The translations under genes and the position numbers were made by a program. From Octopus sinensis (Eukaryota), in assembly GCF_006345805.1 (NCBI RefSeq), contig NC_042997.1, positions 92,194,001-92,258,000 of the forward strand: a stretch of DNA of 64,000 nucleotides, written 5' to 3'. The notes beneath the pieces are model-generated. The model saw only the letters and a program-made list of their open reading frames with translations, had not been told where the DNA came from and did no database searches. Of the stretch, positions 39,871-52,950 are shown piece after piece. How positions within the stretch are numbered: position 1 is the first letter of the stretch; each line of letters opens with the position of its first letter.

Positions 39871-42336
39871 CTGCAAAAGAACAATGATTACAGCTGAAGG
39901 TAATTATCAGGTATAGTAATCTAAAAACAAATTAAGTATATGTTGTAGTGACAGTTATACAGTTTATGAACAATAAACTAAATTTTGTAGCACATCCTAT
40001 TAACATTTTACACAGAGTATTCTTGAGAGTTTTGAGGAAATTAAAAAGGAAATGAGACATGGTAAATATGAATGTTATCTAAAGCTAAATAACAGGATTT
40101 CCATGAGAGAGGGAAAAAGCAAAAAAATAAAGCTATGAAGGGCGTTTCTTTCCTAAGTATATAAAATATAAAAGTGGTTTCAAAATTTACTTGAGAGAAA
40201 CTGTATAAGAAAACTGATTGCACATGAAGAAGCACTGAGCATCAAGTTAATATCTGTTAAGTGCTTCCTTTGTAAGGTTGGGATTATTGTTATCATGGAA
40301 ATTTCATTCCAAAGTACTTAGAATACAAAGGGTTTGATTATATATTTGACTAATACTATAGAAAATAATTGCATTCATATTCACATGAAGAGGCACTGAA
40401 CTTCATGTTTATCTATCACAAGAACTTGATATGTGACCTTCATCATATGAAAAATCTGTAAAAATTGAGTTAAAAATAGCTGTAAACTTGCATGAAGTTT
40501 GTTTTCTAAGTACTTCAAATATAAATGTAGTTTTGTAACTGAAAAGTATCACAGTGGAGAGTAGACATGTAGAGTAGAAGAGAAATGTTCTAACACATCT
40601 TTCTATGAAGAACTGAACTTCAAATTTATATCTAATGCTAAGTACTTGATTATTATCAGTAATAGTAACAATAAAGAATATGGTTTAGATATATATATAA
40701 GATGAAAAATCTGTAAATAGTGAAGTGAATCATCGATTAGCCTCTTTACATTGGACAGTAAATCTGAGATATTCAACAACAGTCCTAAGATATATTGAAA
40801 TCGACAAGAGCATTTGTTAAAATACTGAGCTAACAATATCAACAAATGGGATTTTTGCCCTTTCAACACACAAGTTTAAGATTACTAGAATGCTAGTTTA
40901 GATCGAAAAAAAAATTTGTATTTTAACCAAGACTAGAAGAATCAGCAATCCTGCTCCTGTATTGAATTGAAAAATACAAGCAGGTATCCTCTAAATTACT
41001 ATAAATGTACTTTTAGTTCTCAGAAGGCTTTGTTTCCGATAATATCTCTATTAGTAAAGAAAACGTGAGAACCAGTAGTAAGGAACTTATTAATGCGGTG
41101 AATGAAAATATCATTGTTTATTACATATTCATAAAATATCAAATTTCCTTAAGCAGGGTACAATCGAATCGAAGTAAAATTTTAATTTGATATATGTTCT
41201 TATATAGTCAATGAGTGAGACATCCAAAGTCGGATGGGATACAAGATTTTGATGATTTGGCAATCATCTCTTAGGAAATGCAGAGGAAGGAGAAAATTTG
41301 CTGATATTTGAGAAGAGAATGAATACATACATATACAAACAAGAACATAAAGAATACAGCACACACAAACACAGCAATCCAAAGTTGTGAAGGACAGAAG
41401 TTGTATAACTTTGAAGTATGATGCAGATATTGAGTATATAATAATCATTCTTATGTTTCCTTCCTGAAATAACGAATCAGTCACAATATACTTCTAAATA
41501 AGCAATCATTCTGAAAAAGTAATTGAAAGTAAATGCAACACAGAGGAAACGACTTCGGTAAAACAGGAAGGGTCCAATTATGTTTAGATTCCATAAATTG
41601 CCGTTATTATGTATTTCAAGAATAGTTGAGTTGCAAAGTGATGATGTCAAGTCAAGGTCTTGAAGAAAGTAGCAACAAGAAGTTGTTTGTATTTCGGTAA
41701 CATTTTTTAACAAATAATTTAGTGGAATTTCACAGACGCCTATACGAAACTATAAGGATAGGGGTTATAAATCTATCACCAGAATTCTTTATTAAAAAAT
41801 GTAGCTTTTCTAGAATTTCAGTGGAATTTCGTCGACAACGATACGAACAATTAAAGGATTATAAATCTATTAACATTAGCTTCACTAAAATTTCAGCAGC
41901 ATCTTAAATCAAATGCTTCAAGGAACGAAAAAGGGAAAATAATTTGCCGATAAAGACTTTGCTAGTGAAGAACACACGCCACGCATAAAAACTCTAATAA
42001 TGAAGAAATCACACACAAATAAAGCAATCCAAAGCGAAGAAGTTGGGAAAGACAAAAGTTGTATAACTTTGAAGAGTGATGCAGATGCTGGGACTTGAAT
42101 GTTAAGAGTGATGGAGAGAGAGGGGGACAGAGATTACAGAGAGGTGAGGGAAGAATTGTCACCAGTAGCGCTGGGACAGTTAATCATCGATACTTTATAA
42201 AGATATCGTAAGCAACACAGATAACTAACACAACACACTATAACTGAAATTCAGAATTTAAGAATCTAAAACATATGCAGTAAAGAACGAATAAAAACAG
42301 TTCTTAAGAATGGAAATTTGTATTAAAAATACTTAC

Positions 42337-42640
42337 ATGAGGCAACTCTACGATCATACGTGTATTTATATATTTATATATACATAAATATTTTGTGTAT
42401 ATATTTCAAATAAACATATATACGGGCTGAGTTTTTTTTTTGTCTTTTAAAAAAATATGCTGAATTTTTGTTAGAGAAATTCGTTCATGTCAAATCACAG
42501 CAGCCGTCTATTTAATAAGGTTGATATTGGAGAGAATTACGGCGTCTAGTCTAAGCAGAACACTTAATATGGCGATGCGGCTGATGTACCGGATGTGATG
42601 GCAAGGAGGCAGGGGTGTTGACTTATATGTTATAAGAACA
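42337..42640 (-). promoter_or_regulatory. Candidate promoter and first exon of the host gene
   Basis: Donor CAT|gtaagt at 42336. A possible 93-nt intron runs to the acceptor ttctgaatttcag at 42244. Unique CpG-retaining DNA at the edge of the CpG-depleted block. The upstream limit is approximate. Confidence 0.35.
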
Positions 42641-42847
42641 TCTATGTGTCCGTGAGCTGTGAGTGACGTATACGTACAAACACACATATATTTTTTTTTC
42701 TTCTATAACACAGCAAGGGAAAGAAAAAGGGAGAAGAAAGCGAGATGGCTATATCGAATGAGATAAAGCCAACGATTACTGCAAACAAACGTATAACTGT
42801 TATTTACACGCGGGTCAATTATTACTATTTTCTCTTTAATGGACTCA

Positions 42848-42881
<34 letters not shown>

Positions 42882-43027
42882 ACACACACACACACACACA
42901 TACACACGTGTATTTTATATACATACACACATCATAAAGACTTACATACATATACTCACATAACAGCAATGAAAAAAATTTGAGTAGGGTACGGCATTCA
43001 GTACGTCTCCCTTTAGCTTTCTACACA

Positions 43028-43069
<42 letters not shown>

Positions 43070-43074
<5 letters not shown>

Positions 43075-43310
43075 CATATGCATATGCGCGCAAGCATAAC
43101 TTGGCAGTCGAGAAGGTTGCTTCCCAACCACATGGTTTCAGGTTCAATCTCACCGTACGACACCTTGGACACGTACTTCTACTATAGCTCTGAGGCCGAC
43201 AGATACCTGGTAAGTGATGTGAAAGAGGGAACATATGCAGAAACTAGCCATACATACATACACATATATATTTACGTACACACACACACACGCACACACA
43301 CACACACACA

Positions 43311-43368
<58 letters not shown>

Positions 43369-43660
43369 CAGGGTTTCTTTCAGTTTCCGTCTACGAAATC
43401 CACTCACGTGGGGCTTTGGTGGATTTGGTTGACGAAAACTGAAAGAAGCCCAGTGTGTGCGTCTTCGTGTCTGTGTTTGTCCCTACCCGGTGTTGGTGTG
43501 TTTACAATTAAACAGCAGTTCGACAAAAAAAAAAAAAAAACTCCGATAGAATAAGTACCAGACTTTAAAAAGTATCGGTGTCGATTTCTTTGACAAAAAA
43601 TTCTTAAAGGCGGTGCCCCAGCATGGCCGTAGTCGAATGACTGAAATTAAAAAAATATTA
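43070..43660 (+). mobile_element. SINE family A, diverged, with internal (CA)n expansion
   Basis: cttgg-acacgtacttctactatag, gtttccgtctacgaaatccactcac and the gtgccccagcatggccg tail. Confidence 0.7.
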
Positions 43661-43760
43661 GAATATAAAAAATATATTTTAAGTAAAAGATAAAATATAA
43701 ATATGTATGTGTGTGTGTATGTATGTATGTATGTATGTATGTATGTATGTATGTATATAT

Positions 43761-43822
<62 letters not shown>

Positions 43823-43992
43823 GGAGTAAGCACATACATGCGAAACAAGGTGGAAATGAGAGTACTCAAATACCAGAGGTAGAGTAATATGCTTTATTGA
43901 AAAGCAGCAGAAATATCCCAAAAACTTTTACTCAGAGGTTCACGTTCCCGACGCAACAGTTTTTGTGATATTTCTGCTGCTTTTCAATAAAG

Positions 43993-44046
<54 letters not shown>

Positions 44047-44047
44047 C

Positions 44048-44198
<151 letters not shown>

Positions 44199-44351
44199 AG
44201 GGTGAAAAAATTGGATATTAATTTAATAACATCAATTTAACACCAAGTGGTTTAGCGCATAAAAGACTGAGATTCAGTAAATATTAATACACAAATATGA
44301 GAGAGAATCCACTATATCCACTATATATATATATATATATACATACACACA

Positions 44352-44382
<31 letters not shown>

Positions 44383-44387
44383 CACAC

Positions 44388-44425
<38 letters not shown>

Positions 44426-44473
44426 ATACATACATACATACATACATAGTTGTAGTGATAATGCGCATATATG

Positions 44474-44527
<54 letters not shown>

Positions 44528-44530
<3 letters not shown>

Positions 44531-44921
44531 TTATATATAAAAGAGAAGTTGTGTGTCTGTCTCCTACGATTTAGATTCCTAACTACTCCCACATTTTGCG
44601 GTGGTTTAACCAAAACCGGGTAGCTTATAGTCGTGATTCATATCGAACCCTTCTGGGTATTAGCGCGCGTCTACGATGAGTCTACGATTTAAAAAAAAAA
44701 TTACCACCATTTTTTCCATTTTAATGCATTTTTTCGCTATTATATAAGGGAATTAACTCTCTAAAAATGTCTACGATGAGTCAACGATTAAAAAAAAAAT
44801 TATCGTCAATTTTTTTCTATTTTTGATGCATTTTTTTGCTATTTTTTGGTTAAAACTCTCTAAAAATGCTTATATAGTTATTTCCCCTACAAACCCGAGC
44901 AACGCCGGGCGATACTGCTAG
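44528..44921 (+). mobile_element. Non-autonomous Helitron
   Basis: 5' A|TC start, subterminal hairpin cccgagcaacgccggg, 3' CTAG|T end, no TSD. Confidence 0.85.
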
Positions 44922-44939
44922 TATATATATTATATATAT

Positions 44940-45153
44940 ACTCTTTTTACTCTTTACTCTTTTACTTGTTTCAGTCATTTGACTGCGGCCATGCTGGAGC
45001 ACCGCCTTTAGTCGAGCAAATTGACCCCGGGACTTATTCTTTGTAAGCCCAGTACTTATTCTATCGGTCTATTTTGCCGAACCGCTAAGTGACGGGGACG
45101 TAAACACACCAGCATCGGTTGTCAAGCAATGCTAGGGGGGACAAACACAGACC

Positions 45154-45197
<44 letters not shown>

Positions 45198-45356
45198 TAC
45201 GACAGGCTTCTTTCAGTTTCCGTCTACCAAATCCACTCACAAGGCATTGGTTGGCCCGGGGTTATAGCAGAAGACACTTGCCCAAGATGCCACGCAGTGG
45301 GACTGAACCCGGAACCATGTGGTTGGTAAGCAGGCTACTTACCACACAGCCACTCA
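44940..45356 (-). mobile_element. SINE family A
   Basis: Near full-length, CpG-retaining copy. Confidence 0.9.
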
Positions 45357-45881
45357 TATATATTAGAAGGTTTGGAGATTATGTACAGGTATTTTATATT
45401 AGAAGAAATGAGGTACTCAGAAATTGGGATGGTCTTATATTTACAGATATTTATTTGTACGTTACATGTTTTTATACATCATATATCATATATCATATAA
45501 TAGCGCTTTCGTCCATTCTAGTGGAGTCATCAAATTGAACTAATTTCTTGCAGGAATTTTGACTCTTTTTATAGTGTTATTGAGTGTGTAGTGGTGGGGA
45601 GAGATATAAGATAGTACAAGAGGGTGATGAATGGGGAGGATGTGAGAGAGAGCATGTGTGTGTATGTGTGTGTGTGTGTGAGTGTTTTTGTATCTGAAAG
45701 AGTGTTAAAGAAAAATAAGGAAAGGAAGAAAAGGGAGAGAAAGAAGAAGAAAAAATTTTGGTTGATCTCTGCGAAAGCTCTATTATATGATATATGATGT
45801 ATAAAAATATGTAACATACAAATAAATATCTGTAAATATAAAACCATCCGGATTTCTGAGTACCTTCTTTCTTCTTATATT

Positions 45882-45953
<72 letters not shown>

Positions 45954-46794
45954 AGGCCGCTTTCCCTGGTGATGAAGATTGGACTGCAAAAGTGTATCGG
46001 TTCCACGTAAAAAGCACTCGTGCCGCGTCACGTAAAAGCGCTCGTACAGAGCCATGTAAAAGCACCTAGCATTGTAAAGTGGTTGACGTTAGGAAAGGCA
46101 TCAAGGCATAGACACCATGCCAAATCAGACGGGAGACTGGCGCAGCTCACCAGATTGCCAGTTATGGTCAAGCCGTTCAACCCACGCCAGCATGGGCAAT
46201 GGACGTTAAATGATGATGATGTTGGTGTGTGTGTGTGTGTGTGTGTATAAGTGTCTGTACATGCATATGTGTATGTGCGCATCCGAGTCAGATATTTATA
46301 AAAAGGCTGACAGTTAAATCGAAGTTAATTTGTTAACCGAAACTGGGCGAAGCTTAAAACGAAGTTCGTTTTCTTACTGCTCGAGTTTCACGCCTCTGCG
46401 ATCTTTAGACTACAATTACAAGGGCGTGAAACTAGTTGCGAGGAACAATAATTACATTATATATATATAAAATATATACTGTTGTATCTGGAGAGAGTCA
46501 TTCTCTTTTGGTGCCTTATACTTTAACACAGTCACCAGTAAAATTTCCACTCATTTACATATTTATTTTTCTAAAATTTTAGAAAAAAATATATATGAAT
46601 GAGTGGAAATTTTTGTTGCGTCTTGCAACCTTTTCAATCAATTGAAAAGGTTGCAGCACGTAACAAAAATTTTAGAAAGAAATAAATGGAAATTTTACCG
46701 GTGAGTGTGTTAATGACTCTCCCCAGACTCAACAGAATATGCTTCAATATACGAACTCACATAAAGAATCTTGCAAACCAAATCCCCAAACGAA

Positions 46795-48015
<1,221 letters not shown>

Positions 48016-48024
48016 TTTGGTCTG

Positions 48025-48209
48025 TGTTTTCCCTCTACCATCGCTTGACAACCGTTGTTGGTGTGTTTACGTCTCCGTCAATTAGCGACTCGGCAAAAGA
48101 CATCGATAGAATAAGTACTAGGCTTACAAAGAATAAGTTCTGGGGTTGTTTTGCTCGACTAAAGGCGATGCTCCAGCATGCCGCAGTCAAATGACTGAAA
48201 CAAGTAAAA

Positions 48210-48210
<1 letters not shown>
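48025..48210 (+). mobile_element. SINE family A 3' half
   Basis: cgcttgacaaccgttgttggtgtgtttacg...gctccagcatg. Confidence 0.8.
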
Positions 48211-48284
<74 letters not shown>

Positions 48285-48819
48285 TAGGGAGTATTCACAA
48301 AAAAGAAGCAAAAGACGAAGACAGGTGGTGTAGACAACAAACAGATATATTAGTTTAACGCTCGGGAAGTGTACAAGTCTTTAACGTTTCGAGCCTACGC
48401 TCTTCCACAGAATGGAACACAGAGAGAAGCTAGGAGAGAAAGTAAAGAATGTGTAGTGGCTAGCGATCTATCATGGCGGATGAGATGTCGGCATCGTAAT
48501 CAGTGTGTAAGGATTAGTTATTCGTTGATTGCCATTATGTAAAGATGAAAGAACAGTTTTAAGGAAATATTTATTTTTACCAGTTACATTATACAATACC
48601 TTGCCTCGACGGGAAGGTGATAAAATCCTAGAGCGTGCGAAAAAGTTAATTTCGGCCTGTATGTTCGTGCTGTATTAGAAACCCATAGAGAACGATATGG
48701 CAATGTGCAGAGAAGACAAAGTGAGTTAGTGAACGTGGAGAGTGTGGGAAGATGGGTAAATAGTCTGTAGCGCATACTCGAGTGAAATTCCTCTCTATTT
48801 TATTATATATACATACATT

Positions 48820-49725
48820 CGTACGTAACAGAAAACAGCTAGCCTTTGGCCACTATTTGCACCCCGTTGTGTCCACTGCTCTGATTGGTTGGTATTAGCA
48901 CAATTTGTCTCTTACTCTGTCGCGCCAATCTGCAGCGTATCACCAATCGGAGCACTAAATAAGATCACGTGAAACAGCCTGTTCCCAACCCCGTTTGAAC
49001 CTACTGTTCCTTATAAAAACCCAGTCTCTCCTCGTCTCGAGGTCTTTGGTTCCAGACCTTTTAAGGTCTAGTCACTGACCACACAAGACAGCCAGTTCCA
49101 GCGACAACGCCAGACAACCCGTCAAAAAGCATTACGAACCTCCGTCTTCGTCGCCACCATCAGCTTCTTAACGACGTCAACATCATCTCTGCATACTCAG
49201 CTCAACAAGCAACTCGCGCAGGTTCCAATACTGCACTGTTTGTGAATTACTTCACCATGGGTTAACAGCAAGTACAACCTGTGAGAACTCCTGTACCAAG
49301 TGATCCAGGTAGCAACATTACAGCCATAACTTCATACGACATGTACCGCAACTCCGACTCCGCATCATCGCCGCAACTTCTTGATACAGTATTTCAAATA
49401 CTGTGTACAATTGACTACAAACTGGTATTTCTCATTCTTGTGTCTATCAATATTCCTCTAATTTCTCATTACAGACCCTTTCACTTCCTTCCTCATTGCT
49501 GTTCTTATGTGTACTTAACGCACACACATACATCCATGCTTATACACACATACACTTTGTTCTCATGACGGCCTGTCTACTATTCTGTATACATGATGCA
49601 CACAATGACACACGTTAACATATCAATAAATCTTCTCTTAAACACCTACTCAGTTGTGTCGCTCTCTTTTCCCTCTGGTACATATATGTACTAATCCAGC
49701 CTTCTGAACAGAGTCATTATTAGAT
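48820..49725 (+). mobile_element. Putative solo LTR-like repeat
   Basis: CCAAT boxes (gattgg, gccaat, accaat), TATA-like cttataaaa at about 49010, AATAAA at about 49625, followed by tgg. Termini are not cleanly TG..CA. Confidence 0.4.
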
Positions 49726-49849
49726 GGTTTCATCACGTGAGACCGCGACCATCTAAAAGTCTAATATCGGGGCATATAAGCCCTCGACTGAAAAAAGTAG
49801 GGTTTCCTGTACACTGAAACCCGATTTTTTAAATACTTCTTTTAGTTTT

Positions 49850-51003
49850 CAAAATAAAGATGAACAAAGTTCTTTTTTAATCTAAAATATACTCTCTTTC
49901 ATTTTCTACAATGTTCTTCCATCTATCTGGTAGACTTACAAGAACCCTCTTCCAAAATTCACATGTCCGTGACGAAATATACTCTCCCAGTACTGTTCTG
50001 ACTTCCTCTGCAGAAATCATATTACTTCCGTCTAAATGATGATTTTGAAGACTGCAGAATAAATGATAATCAGATGGGGCAATGTCCGGCGAATATGGTG
50101 GATGGGACATCGTTTCCCATTCAAACTGCTTCAACCTTTGGAATGTTATCCTTGCTGTATGTAGCCGAGCATAATCCTAATGGAAGAACACCGTTCGTCT
50201 TGAAACCAAAGATGGTCGTTTTTCTTCTAGCTTTGACTTAAGCCGCTCAAGCCGCTCGCAGTAGATCTCCTTTGTTTACGTTTGGTTTGGGTTTAAAAGT
50301 TCAACGTGGACTAAACCTTTCATATCCCACCAAACAGATAACAACACATTACGTTGGCGAAGACCTTCTTTAGCCTGGGGTGCCGGTGTTTCTCCTTTCC
50401 CTGCCCACCGTCTTCGGTGCTTGGCATTTTTATAAAGAACCCATTTAGCGCCACCAGTCACAATTCGGTGAGATGTGACAGCAAGAAAGAGCACGCATTC
50501 ATTCTCTGCGCGCGACTAGGCTCGGAACGTTTGTGAGAAACCCATTGACCCAATTTGCTGACTTTCCGATGGTACACAGATGTCGGTGAATGGCTGAATG
50601 ACAAAATCCAAGCTTCTCTGCTAGTTACTCAACAGTTACCTTGGGATTTTGTTTCACTAGGGTTTGGAGGACGTCCTCGTTGAGCTCTACGGATCTTCCA
50701 GGACAAGTTCATCTTCTAGGCCATAGTTTCCGGCTCGGAATTTTTGGAGTCACCGTTGACACTGGCTTACGCTTATTGTCCAATCCCCTTATACTGCACT
50801 AATATTCCTCGTACTTTCCGTTGCGTTGTTGCCTTTATTGAACTCATAAAGCAAAATATGCCGAATATGCTTCTTTGTCACTTCCATTATAGCTTTGAAA
50901 AAATAACAGTTAAAATCGAACAGCAGTCTTGTTTATCCCGTTCCCTCCGACTTTTGGTTCATGCAATTGAAAAAAGCGCATCAGTTATAGGCTGACCCAA
51001 TAT
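49850..51003 (-). mobile_element. mariner (DD34D) transposon relic
   Basis: IVTGGAKWVLY, VLLSVWWDMKG, HPPYSPDIAPSDYHLF. TIR-like tattgggtcagcctataactgatgcgc at 50975-51003. Confidence 0.88.
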
Positions 51004-51118
51004 AATAGTGTCTTACAACTGTTTCTGGGATATCTCAGATTATAGATCAATGTGTCGATCCACATTTCCATATATTAGGTATGGAATATCCCAGAAACAG
51101 CTGTAAGACACTATTATA
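51001..51118. repeat. Hairpin repeat containing inverted hammerhead 3' halves
   Basis: tataatagtgtcttacaactgtttctgggatat pairs with atatcccagaaacagctgtaagacactattata, which contains GAAAC-AGCT-GTA. Confidence 0.75.
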
Positions 51119-51212
51119 TTATTTTAATTTTATTTTTGCTTACTTCGCTTCACTATTAAACTAATCTAAATGAACTGATAAGCTTGTCCCGCCTTTTGTT
51201 TTCCACTACTTT

Positions 51213-51279
<67 letters not shown>

Positions 51280-51452
51280 TTACATAAAATATAGGGTAGT
51301 AAGTTTCTTTTTAGAAATTTCACTACCAGTGGCCTAGCATGTATAAAAAGTCAATAGACAACACATTCTCAATATAAAATAGTGTACATTTAAACACAAG
51401 AGAAAACTGCCTTCAACAGGCAGTTTTTACACTTTTACCTTGTTATTTTAAT

Positions 51453-51528
51453 CTGGGCATACCTAAGTTTCAAATTTTTTTTTAGCAAATAAAATAATTT
51501 GCTAGGCGAATTTCTCATCAATGGCTGA
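51453..51528 (-). ncRNA. Hammerhead motif, variant copy (C3U, weakened stem I)
   Basis: cagcca TTGATGA gaaatt...agcaaa/tttgct...aattt GAAAC ttag GTA tgcccag. Confidence 0.6.
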
Positions 51529-51579
51529 GCCATAACACTAACATATAATTAACACAAAATTATATGTTAGTGTTATGGC

Positions 51580-51658
51580 GGGGTCATTGATGAGAAATTC
51601 GCCAAGCAAATTATTTTATTTGCTAAAAAAAAAAAATTTGAAACTTAGGTATGCCCAG
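51580..51658 (+). ncRNA. Hammerhead motif, variant copy (C3U)
   Basis: ggggtca TTGATGA gaaatt...aattt GAAAC ttag GTA tgcccag. Same family as 62440-62512. Confidence 0.62.
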
Positions 51659-52313
51659 ATTAAAATTACAAGGTAAAATTTTTTAATATTTTTCATTCCT
51701 TTTGAAAATTGCTCTTCAATGTGGTTTTGGTCGTTTTGACTACTTCTTCTAGCGTGTAAAAACTGCCTCTTGTTTTCTCTTCTATTATATATATATATAA
51801 TCGCCAACCAACTGTGGCGTCCTATACGGGACTAAAAATTCCCTAAGGCGGTAACTGCAGTCCATTGACTGAAACAAGTTAAAGACGAAGACACACATTC
51901 GGGGATGCACGCGCACACACATACACACACGTACTTACACATAAGCGCGCCGGCACACACGCACGCACTATTACCTTAACGACGTGTTAAACATTATGTT
52001 CGTTTTAACTTAATTTTAACAACTCTTTATAAAGGAGTAGAAGTTCTAAAATTAATTTCATAAACAGTACTTAACTCTCATTGAACTACTTGGAGAAAGT
52101 TGATAGCTTTTTGTGTCATTAAGGGAACACATTACATTAATTAGCGAAAAAATTTGAATGGTTGGATAATTAAATGAAAACAATTTTATGTTCAGTTACT
52201 AATGCATTTACTTCTTAATGCTGTCAATCATTACAGACTAAAAATGTGAAATTAAATGATTGAAATTATGTGATTTAACCACAATAAACGAAAATTTCAC
52301 TATTTCATACGTT

Positions 52314-52950
52314 AAGGTGGTGAGCTGGTAGGATCGTTAGCATGCCGGACGAAATGCTTAGCCGTATTTCGTCTACCCCGAAAGGATGAAAGGCAAAGTC
52401 GACCTCGGTGGAATTTGTCTGTCGTTACGTTCTGTGTTCAAATTCCGCCGAGGTCGACTTTGCCTTTCATCCTTTCGGGGGTCGATAAATAAAGTACCAG
52501 TTTCGCACTGGGGTCGACGTAATCGACTTAATACCTATGTCTGTCCTTGTTTGTCCCCTCTATGTTTAGCCCCTTGTGGGTAATCAAGAAATAGGTATTT
52601 CGTCTGCCGTTACGTTCTGAGTTCAAATTCCGCCAAGGTCAACTTTGCCTTTCATCCTTTCGGGGTCGATTAAATAAGTACCAGTTACGCACTGGGGTCG
52701 ATATAATCGACTTAATCCGTTTGTCTGTCCCCTCTGTGTTTAGCCCCTTGTGGGTAGTAAAGAAATAGGTATTTCGTCTGCCGTTACGTTCTGAGTTCAA
52801 ATTCGGCCGAGGTCGACTTTGCCTTTCATCCTTTCGGGGTCGATTAAATAAGTACCAGTTACGCACTAGAGTCGATGTAATCGACTTAATCCGTTTGTCT
52901 GTCCTTGTTTGTTCCCTCTATGTTTAACCCCCTGTGGGTAATAAATAAAT
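52314..52950 (+). mobile_element. Tandem multimer of SINE family B
   Basis: The unit ttcaaattccgccgaggtcgactttgcctttcatcctttcggggtcgat...gccccttgtggg occurs three times. Confidence 0.9.

Noticed and set aside
40255-40282. TAAGTGCTTCC similarity to vertebrate miR-302/430-type sequences
   Set aside because: The short match is expected by chance; kept only as a generic hairpin candidate.
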